From NCBI RefSeq assembly GCF_006345805.1, contig NC_042999.1, positions 117,056,001 through 117,120,000 on the forward strand: DNA of 64,000 bases, given 5' to 3'. Position 1 is the first letter of the stretch. Each line of letters begins with the position of its first letter. The notes below the pieces were generated by a model, which saw only the letters and a program-made list of their open reading frames with translations, was not told the DNA's origin and searched no databases. A program made the position numbers and the translations under genes. The DNA comes from Octopus sinensis (taxonomy: Eukaryota). Positions 13,392-27,289 of the stretch are shown here, one piece after another.

Positions 13392-13627
13392 TTTATTTCT
13401 TTATTGCCCACAAGGAGCTAAACATAGAGGGGCCAAACAAGGACAGACAAAGGGATTAAGTCAATTACATCGACCCCAGTGCATAACTCGTACTTAATTT
13501 ATCGACCCCTAAAGGATGAAAGGCAAAGTCGACCTTGGCAGAATTTGAACTCAGAACGTAACGGCAGACGAAATACCGCTAAGCATTTCGCCCGGTGTGC
13601 TAACGTTTCTGTCAGCTCGCCACCTTT
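13392..13627 (-). mobile_element. Young family-1 SINE with alternative (Tx1-like) 3' tail
   Basis: CpG-rich body; tail ...gcccctctatgtttagctccttgtgggcaataaagaaat; 13-bp TSD aataaa(c/t)accaca at 13379-13391 and 13628-13640. Confidence 0.9.
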
Positions 13628-13739
13628 AATAAATACCACACTACTAAATTAAAACCTCTACCTTTATAACGTACATTAACACCCATCATTGCAAAACATT
13701 TTTTTCACATTTGAAACTAAAAATGAAATTAACTTAATC

Positions 13740-15370
13740 AATAGACTGGCAGACATGTTAGAGCATCAGAATAAATACCTCACAGTATTTCTCCCAGTTC
13801 TTTATGTTCCAAGTTCAAATACCACCAAGATCTCTTCAGAATGAATAAAATAAAGTACCAGGATTGATCTAATCAACAAACCACTTTCCCCAAATTTCAG
13901 GCTTCATAAATTTATTTCTATGTTAAAATCAATTGTTATTAAAACGGATGAGGTCAGTGGAATCAGAGCTTCAGAATAATCTTCACATTCTCAGATCGAA
14001 TCACACTAAGGTCAACTTATTAATAAACTAAGGTGCCAATCAAGTACTAGAGTTGATTTAACCAACACAATCCCTCCCACAAAATTTCAGGCTTTGTTCC
14101 TATGATAAAAAGATTTATATTTTATTCTGGATTGGAAGAATAAATATAGTATCAGACTATACATCTTATGGTATTTCTTGCAGATCTTTGCATTCTGAAT
14201 TGAAATTCCACCAATGTCAATGAAATAAAAACCCATTTCTTTTAAAATTGCTGGCCTTGTGCCAAAATCATCATCCTCATGGCAGTGGCAGCATGAGGAT
14301 TGGCAGAATCATTAGAGTCAGCCAAAATACCTTACAATGTTTTTTTTTTATATTTTGCTGAAAGTTCAAATCCTGTAAGGGTCAACTTTGCTTTTCCGCC
14401 TTCCAGAGTAAAAATAAAAAAAGAATTAAAAAAAATAAAGTACCACTCAAGACTTGGGCTCAATAGTGTTGGTTAACTTTCACCCCTTGTCATCATCGTT
14501 GTCGTTGGTGGCATCGGCGTCATCATCATCATTATTATAGACATCACACAGTATACAATATCGTGAGGTTGTTGACTGAAGATATTGTGTCTACTGGGAG
14601 TCTGTACTGTTTGTCAAGTCACAATAAGGACCTCAGACAGACAGTACTTTATGCAATATGCATGCAGTTCCAAGTAATGCCAACTTTTACAATACACCTA
14701 TATTGTAGGATATTTCTAAAGTTTTCAAATGTTTTTTCAGATTGGGTGGTATTGAACCCAATGCTCCAATGACAATAGGAATAACTTTTATGTTTAACTC
14801 TCATAGCTGCCACATCTTAGCAATCTCAATTCTCAGGTCTCCATATTCATCAACCTTTTCTCTTTCTTTCATGATATGGTGATTTCCTGGCACTGCCATG
14901 TTAATTAGTAGGCACTCTATTGTCGTTATTGTTAAGATGGTGAGCAGGCAGAATTGCTAAATCACTGGACAAAATGCTTAGCTGCTTTTTGTCTGTCTCT
15001 ACATATGCATCCAAATTCCTAAGTCAACTTTGCCTTTCATCCTTCCAGGGTTGATAAGATAAGTACCAGTTGAGTACTAATGTTGATGTCATCATCAACT
15101 AGCACCTTCCGCTGAAATTGCTGGCTTTGTGCCAAAATTTGAAACCACTATTACTATTATTAATATTAAAGGAGGTAGACTGGCAGAATTGTCAGAGCAT
15201 CAGAAATAAGGTTGTATGGTATTTGTTTGGGCTCTTTACATTTTAAGTTCAAACCTTGCCGATGTCAACTTTGCCTTCAATCCATTCGGTGTCGATAAAT
15301 AATTTATCAAATATTAGGATTGATGGTACTGACTAATCTTTTCTCTTCAAAACTGTTGGATTAAAGCTTG
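13740..15370 (+). mobile_element. Cluster of about six degenerate plus-strand family-1 SINEs
   Basis: Repeated ggcagaat...ttagc...gttcaaat...gtcaacttt...agtacca...ctggccttgtgccaaaat segments. Confidence 0.75.
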
Positions 15371-15659
15371 ATTAGAAACAATATACCCATGCCAGCATGG
15401 GAGGCAGACGTTGATGATGATGATACAAAATAATAATAATTGTTTCAAAGTTTTGGCACAAGGCCAGCAATTTTAGAGAGAAAGGGATTGTTGATTACAA
15501 CAGCTCTTGTACCCTGCTGGTAGTTATTTTATCAACTCCAAAAGGATGAAAGGCAAAGCCGACCATGACAAGATTTGAACTCAGAATGTAAAGTGTTCGA
15601 AGAAAGGCTGCTAAGCACTTTGTCTACCAAATCACTGCTTTAATAATAAAAGTATAGAA

Positions 15660-16390
15660 TAGACAACACTACCAATAGTGACAAATGCAGAATGTATGGT
15701 GAGAGGGGTGAAATGGTATGGCACATTGTTAGTGAATGCCCGAAATTGGCACAATGCAAATACAAAAGATGCCATGACAATGTGGCAAGAATGATCCATT
15801 GGGATCTCTGTGGAAATCATGGTCTACAAAGAGCAAAGATGTGGTATCAGCAAATCCTAGAAGGAGTCACCAAAAATGAGAATTGCAAAATCCTATGGGA
15901 TGCAATGATCCAGTGAAATCACCTGACCAGACATAAGAAACCGGACATTGTTGTAGTAAATAAAAAGAAAGAACACGTACGATAATCGACATAGCATGCC
16001 CTGGTGACAACAGGATCAATGTGAAAGAAGAAAAAGTAAACAACTATGACGATTTAAAGTGGGAAAGAAGAAAAAATAAACAACTATGACGATTTAAAGT
16101 AGGAAATATGAAGGTTGTTGTCAATGAAGAGAGTAGACATGATACCAATTGCAATTGGTGCACTTGGAAGTATCAGCACTCAACTACTAATATGGCTGAA
16201 AAAGATCATTGCAAGTGTGAAGGTAGAACATCTACAAAAATCAGCATTGCTTAGAACTGCAAGAATTCTTCGCAGGGTTCTTGAAGCATGACAAGTAAAA
16301 GAAGTGTTACCTTAGTCTGCGTGCTGTGGATAACTGACACTTTTTATCATATCCAGCAATATAAGCTGTGAGTTTTAATACAATAATAAT
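15660..16390 (+). mobile_element. R4/Dong-clade (RLE endonuclease) LINE, 5'-truncated 3' end
   Basis: KCRMYGERGEMVWHIVSECPKLAQCKYKRCHDNVARMIHW (zinc knuckle plus RHD motif), KPDIVVV...IIDIACPGD (PD..D endonuclease), IPIAIGALG, LQKSALL.TARILRRVL*; ends in taataataat and is preceded by taataataa. Confidence 0.9.
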
Positions 16391-17145
16391 CCTTTCTTCT
16401 ATAGGCACATGGCATAAATTTTTTTAGGGAGGGAATAATTCGATCATATCGACCTCAGGGTGTAACTGGTACTTATTTTATCGACTCTGAAAGGATGAAA
16501 GGCAAAGTCGACCTCGGTGGAATTTTGCCCAGCATGCTAATAATTCTGCCAGCTTGCGACCTTAATAATAATAATCCTTTCTACTAAAGGCACAAGGCCT
16601 GAAATTTGGGAGGAGGGGACTAGTCGATTACATTGACCCTAGAACTTCGTCTAGCATAAGCATTTTATTCAGCATGCTAACAATTCTTATTTCTTTATTG
16701 CCCACAAGGGGCTAAGCATAGAGCGGACAAACAAGGATAGACAAAGGGATTAAGTCGATTACATTGACCCCAGTGCATAACTGGTACTTAATTTATCGAC
16801 CTCAAAAGGATGAAAGGCAAAGCTGACCTCGGCGGAATTTGAACTCAGAATGTATTGGCAGACAAAATACCGCTAAGCATTTCGCCCAGCATGCTAACGA
16901 TTCTGCCAGCTCATCACTTTCTTAATAATAATATTTCAAATTTTTACCACAAGGGCAGCTTGGAGGAAGTAGGGAAGAGTCGATTACATCAACCCCTGTA
17001 TTCAACTGATACTTATTTTATCGACCCCTAAAGGATGAAAGGTAAAGTTGACCTCGGCAGAATTTGAACTCAGAACGTAAAGACAGATGAAATACTGCTA
17101 AGCATTTTATCGAGCATGCTAACAATTCTGCCAGCTCACCACCTT
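16390..17145 (-). mobile_element. Block of four minus-strand family-1 SINEs, including a Tx1-tail copy at ~16688-16918
   Basis: Head-to-tail copies separated by (taa)n. Confidence 0.85.
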
Positions 17146-17657
17146 AATAATAATAGATATTATAATGGTTGTTTCTTGTTGGGCATGACATGTTTATGTA
17201 TTGCTCTAGTTTGGAGGAACATACAAGGTGGATGACTTGCACAGTTGATAAAACCTCGGATACAATACTTTGCAGTATTTGTCCCAACACTTTACACTCC
17301 AAGTTCAAATCCTACTTTTCATCATTTTGAAGTTGATAAATGAAGTAGCAGTCAAGTACAGAGGCTGATCCTGCTTTCTACACCTCACTGTTTCTTCCTC
17401 TTTCTCACCCCACTCTCTCTCTTTCTTTCTTTCTCTCTCAAAACATTCAGACCTGGAGAGATGGGTTTCAACTGGTATAAAGCATCCAGAATGTAGCATG
17501 TGTCTTTACAGCACTCCTATGACTTCACTGTAGATAGATATATGGAGAATTATTTCTTAGAATATCGCAGATTTATTACACCCCTTGCCAGCAAAAGAAT
17601 GCCTGAATAACAGGGTTTGCATAATTTAATATCAAAACTAACAACAAAAATACTCAC

Positions 17658-17731
17658 CGATATTGTTCCATTATCTAGACCAACGAATAGCCGTCGGGTT
17701 TCACCATTATAATCCATAGCAGTTGCAGCAG
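17658..17731 (-). CDS. WDFY2: WDFY1/2 orthologue, coding exon (exon 3 equivalent, 74 bp)
   Basis: ttcag|CTGCT...TATCG|gtgagt; (S)AATAMDYNGETRRLFVGLDNGTIS. Confidence 0.96.
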
Positions 17732-18982
17732 CTGAAATGTAACAAAGCAGAAATATCTGAAGTGAAGCAACATAATAGTAATAATACTGAGTGCAAGAGA
17801 CAAAGAGAGGCTATTAAAATTAACATAATTGTTCATTTTATGAATAATAGCATTGTAACTGACAAGTCTTCTATGAGCCAAGCACAGCTTCAGTGCCTTT
17901 ACAATGGCAAGAGCGACAAAGGAGCATCTTTGTAATGCTGGCACAATAAATACTACAAAGTATTTTTGTTTGAAAGCACAGAGTTATCAGTCCAATGTTT
18001 ACATCTTTTGTCAAAATATATTGGTAAAAGATATACTCACACAAAGGCACATATAGACACGCCCACACTAGCCTTACTAACTTTGGAACACTTGGTTGCC
18101 ACATATTTTGAAGCTGTTACAAGTGTTACAGTCTTGTTACTTGTGTGAGGAAATCTATCTTGTCAGCAACATTGGACTTAAGGTACTTGAAGTCGGGGAC
18201 CCTGAATTGAGTTGTGTGCCATCACTGAACAAATTAGCAAGTGGTTTCCATCTTCAATGGTAGTCATGTATTCACACTGCTTTGCAGTCTTCTCTATGGA
18301 GCCATGGATTATGAAAAAAGCTTTAGGATTGTCTTGAGAGTACAAACACTAAGCTTCCAGTGAGGACCCAAAACACCTTGACATGAGCACATGTCAAAGA
18401 GAAGATTTATGGACACATTCCACCTATCCCTATTATTGGTAGGCTTTGATGGCCATTACTAGTGTGCTCAACACCAAACCATACCAAGTGCTGTATTTTG
18501 TTAACTTTTACACTCTAATAAAAGAAAAGTACCACTCAACTGCATTGATGTTATTGGCACAGACTCACAAGAAACTGAGGGTCCATTAAAACTAATTGGG
18601 GAGAGAGATTCCTGTTGTGGAATAAAGAAATACATCTTCATTGTGACTACTTGAAGAATATGCATGCATGCATGCACATAAAATTGTTGTCCTGCACATC
18701 AGTAAAGCATTTCACTTCCAGCTAAGTAGTTCCATTATGGACTGCAGTGGTTACCATTATTTTTTATTGTAATATTTTGTCAGATCACTATTACAGTTTG
18801 TATTGGATGGGCTTTTTTATTCAAATTCTCTGAATTCAGGTGCTCTACAAGGTCCAGTTATGTCTCCCAAATGCAGTAATGATCTAATGACTGCTACTTG
18901 CATGCATGCACACACACACAAACACACACAAAGTAAATAATACTACCAGGTACTGCTCCATAATCCTCCACACACAAAATGA

Positions 18983-19207
18983 TATTGTGACAGGGAGCTC
19001 CTCTATAAAGCACACATCCACAGAGAGCTCCTCTGTACAGCATATATTGTGACACAAAGCTCTTCTATACAGCAGGTGTTGTGATAGAGAGCACATCTGT
19101 ATAGCATGCATGATGACCTCTATACAGCATATATAATGACAGAAAGCTCATCTATACATGTATTCTGATAGAAAGCTCTAAACAAATGCTGTGAGAGAGC
19201 TCTAAAC
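18983..19207. repeat. Diverged ~32-bp tandem array (~8 units)
   Basis: Consensus about gcatatattgtgacagagagctc(c/a)tctatacag, with deletions in some units. Confidence 0.8.
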
Positions 19208-20616
19208 CTCATGTGCAACACAAAGTTCTGACAATAAACTGCAAATGACATTGTGACAATAGTCGATCAAAAGTTTCCAAATGATTAGTGTTAAGTAGAG
19301 CCTGAAGGCAGGAAGCTTTTCAAAGGAATATGAAAACACCTCTGCCAAATGTTACATTCACTTTAGCAATCATGTGTTCAGATATATAATCTATTAATTT
19401 TAAGTAAACAGTGGAAAAAAGTCAATCAACTTAGTCTACCATCTGATGCTAATCAGTTAAAGTATGGCAGATGTAAATTTTATCCTTGATATATTAATAG
19501 GTTTGTACTGAAGCCAAGTCTTAATATGCAGTTAGTTTATCTGGCTTTGATAGACTTACATATATCTATCACATAGCTTCTTTGATAAAAATATGTAGTC
19601 CCAGTTGTTATTTAACCTCAGGTTGGCTCTGACAGAGAAAACCCACATCCAAAGGTAGTTCCAGTTATGATAATCTAAGTTTTTATTTTTTGAAATTTGC
19701 TTGCAAGCATTCCCCATGTTACAGCCACCTCAAGTTGCGTGATTTTATGGAAATTGTAAGGCATGACCATTAATTTTGGGATATGGTCCATAATTTTGCT
19801 CTTACGGAAATTTGTATTGCATAGTTTTAAATTATTAACAATTTAAAACTACACTTTCTTCTTAGCTCAATGGCCACTTGCATTTTAGTTAAGATCAAAG
19901 TACATATTTAACAATTTGAAAAGCTATCATCACATCACACACACATATGTATATATAATGTACTTAATGTGATTGTGTGTGTGTGTGTTTCTATCATCAC
20001 CATGAGCAGAAAGACCAACAGCAACAGTAATATGTAGTATGAAGACAAGCAAATCCATTTCAAATAAAAACATATAAAGTGGTATCCTAGCATATTTAAA
20101 AGTTGAATGAAATATGTCATCTTAGGTCTATGAAGACTGACTCGAGTCTAAACAGCCACAGCAATAAAGTTAGTAAGAACAGTATAACACCAACAACACC
20201 TGCCCACCGTCACTAACATCTAAACCAATGCAACCCAGATTATCACCACTATCAACCCACCAACTTTTGAATCCAACTGTCAACAGATATCAGAATGTAT
20301 GCTAACACATGCTTGCATGACTGTGTGTCTGAAGTCAGAAATGCAAGAGGTGAATTATCTATAAAATCTGGTGAACTGTAAGCTATCATCATGTAGTATT
20401 TTCTCTTCCTCAGTCATTCCTTTTTATCTCATTTTCACTATTGCATTGATAGAAATAAGACAATTTTCTGCTCCAACAAATCAGATTTTTCCTGGGTCAA
20501 TGTCTTTTACTACATATTTGTTGTGGATGATTAATCGCTGCTGCTGTTGAATTCACCTTCAATTTAAGATGGTCAATCAAACAACCCTGAAGGCAGTAAT
20601 GTGTATAGGAACCACA

Positions 20617-22760
20617 AAGTGGTTACGCTGGATAGTAAACTTGATGATTTAAAAAGACTTTATGCAGAAGTGAAACTAAGTTATATTGTCAGAACATGAA
20701 ATCTTGCATCAGGAACAATATGTGACAACAGAAAAAATTATGTCAAGTGCTCAAGAAGCTACTCTGCTGACTGTCCAGACCATATTTTCCCATTGATCCA
20801 ATATAATGCTTAAAATGGAATGATTTTTGAGTGTATGTATCAAGGATCAGAATTGACGTAATGTGCCAATAATCATGATGGTAATTAAAAAAAAGAGCCA
20901 AAAGTTTATGTGATGATTTGCAGAAAAAGGAAAGTGAAACTTCAAATGAAGTTTTTGAAAAGTAAAGTCTTGTTTGAAAGGTTTAAGAAGTGCATGAATT
21001 TGCACAACATAAAAATGATTGGTGAAACTTTAATCAGTAATACAGAGGACTGCTACTAATTATCCTAAACAGTTAAAGAAAATGATTGCTGCAGGGGGTT
21101 ACATACCAAAGCAAGTATACAATGTTGATGAAACTGCACTTTTCTGGAAGTGCATGCCTGCTAGAACCTTTATTTCTTGATAACAACAATCATTTAAAGC
21201 AGCCAGAAATCATCTGTCACTTCTTTCAGGAGGAAATGCCACAGGTGATATGAAATTAAAGCCCCTACATGTGCATCACTCCAAAAATTCTAAGGCTTTC
21301 AAGGGTTACACAAAGTTTAACTTCTGATTTTGTGTTCAAATAAAAAGGCATGGATGACTGAGACCCTTTTCAAAGAATGGTTTACACAAAAGTGTACAGT
21401 GCAATAGAAAGGTACAGTGCCAGACACAATATTTCCAACAGAACATTGCTTCTTTTAGACAATGCACCAAGCCACCCATCAACCTTAGATGACCTTTCTG
21501 ATAATGTAAGAATAGAATATATCCTAAAGAATACAACTTTGCTCCAGTGTGATATCTAACTTCAAGAGATATTGCATGAGAGGAAGTTGTAAAACAACTT
21601 ATGAAAACAATTGACTAGGAGGATAAACCTACAGTTAGAGATTTCTGGAAGAAATTCAGCATAATGGATGTTGTGTATAATGTAGCTGAATCATGAGTTG
21701 AAGTGAAACCTTCAACTTTGAATAGTGCTTGGAAAAGAATATGGCCAGACTGTATTTATGACACTACAAGTTTTCTTCCAACAGAGAATGTCTGCATCAA
21801 ATTTGGAAAGAAATTGTGACACTTGCAAAGGATGTAGGATATGAAGAAGTCAAAGAGGATGATGTAGTTGAGTTGCTAGTATCCCAGAGAGGAAGTTTAT
21901 CTAACAAGAAGCTGATGCTGTTAGAAAAAGAAAAAGCTGAGAATACAGTGGAGACAGCAGAAGTTCCACCTAGACCACTTAAATTGGCTACAAAAATTAT
22001 TGGTAGAGGGAGGTCTGCAGGTTTTTACTAATAATGATTCTAATCATGAACATTATAAAAATTACAAGTGGAGTTTACAATGAGCTTAGTTCCTGTATAA
22101 AGAGATGATGCATCATAAACAATAAACAACTTTGGATAAGTTTTTCACCCTTCAAGGTGATGTTGGTGATAATGAATTATTAGACAGTAAATATTTATCT
22201 CAAATTTTGACAGAAGGCCAGCAAGTTCAGAGGAGTGATAAGTCAATTATATCAACCCCCATGCTCAACTGGTACTCTTTTTATCAACCATGAAAGGCAA
22301 AATCAACATTGGCAGAATTTGAACTAAGAACATGAAGACAAGCATTTTGCCCGGTGTGCTAATGATTCTGTCAGCTTACTGCCTAATGAATTATAAGAAA
22401 GTAAATATTGTCCTGCATCTTCCTAGTAATTCCACCATTCCACCACCACCACCCCTCACACAGTACTCTTACAATATAATGATTTTTATTAATTCCCTAA
22501 TGTATTCCTCTTGAAATGTCTTTTGTGTTTTTATGTCTCTATATTGTACCAAGTATGTTTAGAAATTGTTATTTTCATGTATAAAGATAATAGGATTGCT
22601 TGTTATTTGTTGCTTTTGTTTTGGAGGGGGTATTCTTTGAAAAAGTCCATAGGAACATAATCTCACTTGATAATATGAAAATCAATAGAAAAATTCCACA
22701 TTTCAGAAGTTCACATTACAGCCAGATTTTCAGGAACAACTTAATATGGATTCCTGTATA
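20617..22760 (+). mobile_element. Degenerate Tigger/pogo transposon with an internal SINE insertion (~22195-22385)
   Basis: KVVTLDSKL (HTH start), GGYIPKQVYNVDETALFWKCMPARTFIS, GGNATGDMKLKP, KAWMT..LFKEWF, LLLLDNAPSHP; many stops and frameshifts; boundaries approximate. Confidence 0.9.
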
Positions 22761-22879
22761 TCCCACACTACATCACCCATTGTATTCTTTCTAAGACAGT
22801 AGTCCTAATTGCTTTAGCAAAAATATAATTCGCAACCCAACTATAAAAGCTGATTTACATGTACACTAGTTTCCAGCTT

Positions 22880-24300
22880 ATTATAGCAAGCCTAGGTATT
22901 GATTTGTTTTTCTTTTAAATGGTCTATCAGTAACACAAGGACAAAGTAACAACTTTTTATGACTGTATAATGAGTATATTACCATTAGAAGTAATAGGTT
23001 AACTGTCAGGTTAAGTTGGTTCCATTCAAATCTCTGGGATGACATTAAGAGTAAAGTGATCAATATCACCCAGGAGTGAGCTGAGAGAAAGCTATTCCTG
23101 AAGGTTGGGCAGAGCTGACAAACATCTGCATCATGTCCATCATATAGTACTCTCTGAGCCCATCACGGCTTGCTCTTGTTTTTGCCTGTTCAGATTGAAG
23201 CATCTTTTATTTCACTGCTTGTAAAAAGAGCAAATTCTACTGGCCAGGAACACCATCTGCTACAAACACCATTGCAGACATCTCAATGGAATGCAGCAGG
23301 ATGGTAGAATTTAGCTTCTGCTTATTTTGTTGAGGATGTTTGGGAGCACAATCAACATCATAAATGGGAGGGAGCTTAAGGATGGTTGGGTTGAGAGGTC
23401 TGAGATCACCTATGTATGCTCTCAAAAAATTTAACAGCTTTAGTGGAAAGTCAGTTGAGTGCCAGAGAAAAGGTAAAATATAGGAAATAAGACAGAGACC
23501 ATGCTACACTGCATTACTATAGCAAAGGCAATGCACTTCAGAAGACTGACCATGTTGTTTGCAAGAAGAGACTCAATAGATCACAGTGTGGTAGCTGCTC
23601 TATTAAGCAAGTTACTCAGAATGGCACATCAAACTGTATGCAAGTGATCCTTTTTATCTTGATCTCTCCAAATAAGGTGAGTAAGGCAGTACCAAAATGT
23701 CATCCCAGAATGGCAATTCTATCAGCATCTTGAGGTTGAGACACTTTTGGAAACCAACTCAGATCCAGCTACGGTTTCTTCTTGGAGGCATTCAGCCATT
23801 ATCAATTGGAGGTAGCCTGGCATCATGCTCTTTTATCAAGTGAATATGCAAACCATTACTCTGACTCCATGATTCCTATTGTATTGGATGGAACAGCTAT
23901 AACCAAACGATGTTGCTGGCATTACTGTCGGTCAGCTGGAGCATCAGCATTGAATGGCATAGACTATGTTGAAACCCTGACAACTTGGAGCCTCACATAT
24001 GTAGATGCACTAGTAGTATACAACTAACATATTTCATGATGGCTTAATCACAGCTCACATACCCTGTCAGTGGGTGAACAATACAGCACTTTGTGAATTC
24101 TACTTTGCATTGAGAGGAAGAACCCCTACATTGATGGATCAAAAAGTAATATAACTGTGCAAGCTTGGTTACTACAAGCCAGATATCACGGTAGTAAATT
24201 TTCTGATATTCTCTAGGCAGATACACAGATCACTGTTCAGAAAAGATCAATGAGCACAGAAGGCTCAGTGTGCACCATAGCTGATGCAAGGACATGCTGA
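22880..24300 (-). mobile_element. Possible highly decayed I/Nimb-type LINE (RT C-terminus to RNase H)
   Basis: Only short motifs (SIESLLA, ESWSQSNGL, ALFTSSEI, YDGHDADVC..CP) in colinear order; weak. Confidence 0.35.
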
Positions 24301-26419
24301 TCCTGCAGTGCTAGGTCAGGCAAAGAACAGAACTAGGCATCTAACATCTGGTATGTTGTCAGATGCACACAAATATCAACAAGTCAGGTAACGTGACCAG
24401 TATAACTCGGATATCAGTTTTTATAGAGAGGACTAATAATGATGTACTCAACAAAATTTTGTGTCAACAAGAATCAATAGATTGGTTTGTTTTAAAAGAC
24501 TTTCAACTTGGAGACTAGATAACTTTCAGAAATCCCAGCCAGGCAGTGCTATCAGAATTTTTGAGTGGGGATCTTGCCAATACAAAATAAACTCAATGGA
24601 ACACATGAATGTTGTTAGCTAGGCTACTCTCAGCTGCATGCAAAATGACAAAATGATACTACAAGCACTTATTTGCAAAGTTATGTAGAACAACTGTTAT
24701 CACATGTTCAATGGGTCTGGCAATTGGCTGAGTCCATCAGAAAAACTGCACTGTCACCTACCTTTAGCTGGGAATGGAAATCAACTTTTCTTTGTCTGAT
24801 GGCTATGATCAAAGAGGTTGTATAGTGGATATAACTGACAAGACATAGAAGAGATACTTTCCTTGTCAACCAAGTCCTTACTGATATTAAGTTTAACTTG
24901 GACAGGAAGGTGGGGGCAGAGAAGGCAGTGTTACCTTCTAGAAAATTTATTAAAAGTTAGGTGAAAGTGGTAAGCATGATTTGAATGAGTGAGCCTACAA
25001 CTGGAAAAGAACTTGGTAGTCAGGATAATGCTATAATTGTGGTGTTCCTTGAATGACCAAAGGTAGTAGGGCCTCCACATAGGACTTTATCATATGTTTG
25101 TTTTGTGTTTTTTTTTATATCTTTTACTTCTTTCAGAATTAAACTGCAACTATGCTGTGACACTGCCTTATAGAATTTTAGTTGAATGAATCAACACCCC
25201 CAGTCTTTTTTTTTTTTTTCAAAGCCTAGTACTTATTCTTGCTGCCTCTTTTATTGAATTGCTAAGTGACAGGGACAGAAACACACAACACCAGTTAAAT
25301 GGTGATGGAGGACAAAGACAGAGAACAATACATATATCATTCAGTTTCTAAATAGTAATCTGTTCCATTAATCATCATGGTTGTGGTAATAATAAAGACA
25401 TTATTATCTGTCAGAGAAAGACATAGGAATGAATACAAAACACTTCAAAGTAGGTACTTTAGAATTGTTAGGGTTGATAAAGTAAATTGCAAACTAGCTA
25501 TCAAACTTACTGTTTAATCTCCAAAGTCTTATTTCATTAGGCCAACAAAACTATTCCTTTATGCCTGCTTAATGCAAAATGCTTTCACTCTTTCACTCAC
25601 AAACACATATATAGGCACAATTTATGATTTAGTCCAAAGTTGTATCTGCATGTTTAGTATTAAATTGTGAGTTAAATCAGCAACATTGTGCGGGTATGTT
25701 TTAAGCTATAGAATAATAATTCTTCTCCAATGCATCTTACACATAAACACTGCAACTTGCTCATATTTCATAAATTTTAATGAAAAAGAACTAGGTAAAA
25801 TAAACAGGTGAGTGGACAATTCCAAAGTGGCTTGAAACTATACAAGCAATATATTTGTGTGTGTGTGTGGGGGGGGGGGGGTAGACAGACAGATACACAG
25901 ATAGAAAGGTAATTTTATATCTGCATTTTGATGCTGGCATATAGCATGGATTAGATGGTTTGAGAAGGACCCAATAAGTCAGAGGTCCAAGATGTTCTCC
26001 ACTATCTCTGTTTTTGCATCATTTCTATAGCTGGATACCATTCTTAACACGAACCACTTTACAGAGTGTACTGGGTGCTTTTGTTAATGGCACTAGGACG
26101 GGGGAGATGGCCTTGTGACTTGTAAATTAAACACACATATAAACACCCACTGACACACACTAAGAACTTATTGCTTTACACATGAATACAAAATCACTTC
26201 AGAATTTTTTCTTGAAAATTTAAATATACATGCAAATCATGATATCTATAATTTCTCAAGAATTTGTGTCAGTCCCAAATCTGAATCCAAGAACACACCA
26301 AGTTTTATATCTCAAAACAAAGAAAGATTTACAACTGTTTTATTATAAATATATATAATGTCTAATTGTAGACTATATGCAGAAAATATATCATCTAATT
26401 CTGCCCCTAATTAATTGGA

Positions 26420-26865
26420 CTATTACTCTCGCCTGATTCAGGAATTTGATGCCTTTGTAATTATTTCTACCTCAGGCATCTTTTTTACTATTGTAACAAT
26501 TGACCTTAAAGCTGTCATTGGATGTATCACCTTCCTGTACAACTTGATTAAACTATGTGAGTGGCTAGGCCATATTCTACTCTACCAGATATTTTACACA
26601 TCTCACTGGTGATTTTTGATGGATCAAGAGCTTTCTGGTCTTCGTATCCTTAATTGCTTTATTTACTATACTGCTGTCAACTAACAAAGCTGGTTCTTCT
26701 ATTGGGTCCACATTAGGAAGACACTCTCTCATGCATTCACTACATGTAGTACCCTTTCAAGGTAGCACTTCCATGCTACCTCCTTTTCAGACTTACTAAG
26801 TGCAAGTGTACCGTAATCCATCAGCACACACTCCTCACCCACATCTCAATTCTCTTCAGTATACT
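26420..26865 (-). mobile_element. RTE-clade LINE ORF2 internal fragment
   Basis: LPNVDPIEEPALLVDSSIVNKAIKDTKT, followed with frameshifts by sequence resembling the RTE segment up to NYRGIKLL; upstream EVAWKCYLERVL. Confidence 0.8.
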
Positions 26866-27289
26866 ATATAGCACACACACACACTTACAAATACTACATA
26901 TACCATATCATTGACCCACTAAAAGAGCTTCTACAGTGTCAAATAACTCAGCATAGCAATCAACTATCCAACAATAAATGTTTTGAATTTTAAAATGAGA
27001 GTCCACATTAAGTCTGAAATGTCTAGACAACATGAACCACATTAAAAATAAAACCTATCCAATGCTTTGTCCAGTTATTTCTTTGTCATAAGTTTACTAA
27101 AATAAAGCTGACCAGACATATTGTATGTTTAGCTAGTCTTCTAACAGAGACCACCACCAGTGTATTTAGCATGTAATGTGTCCTAAGCACCAAGGGGCTT
27201 TTATATTGCTGATGCTTAACTGCTATTTCATGACAGTGTGGATTGAGAGAATATTCTCCAAAACAAGATGCCAGTTTATTGCAGCTAAC

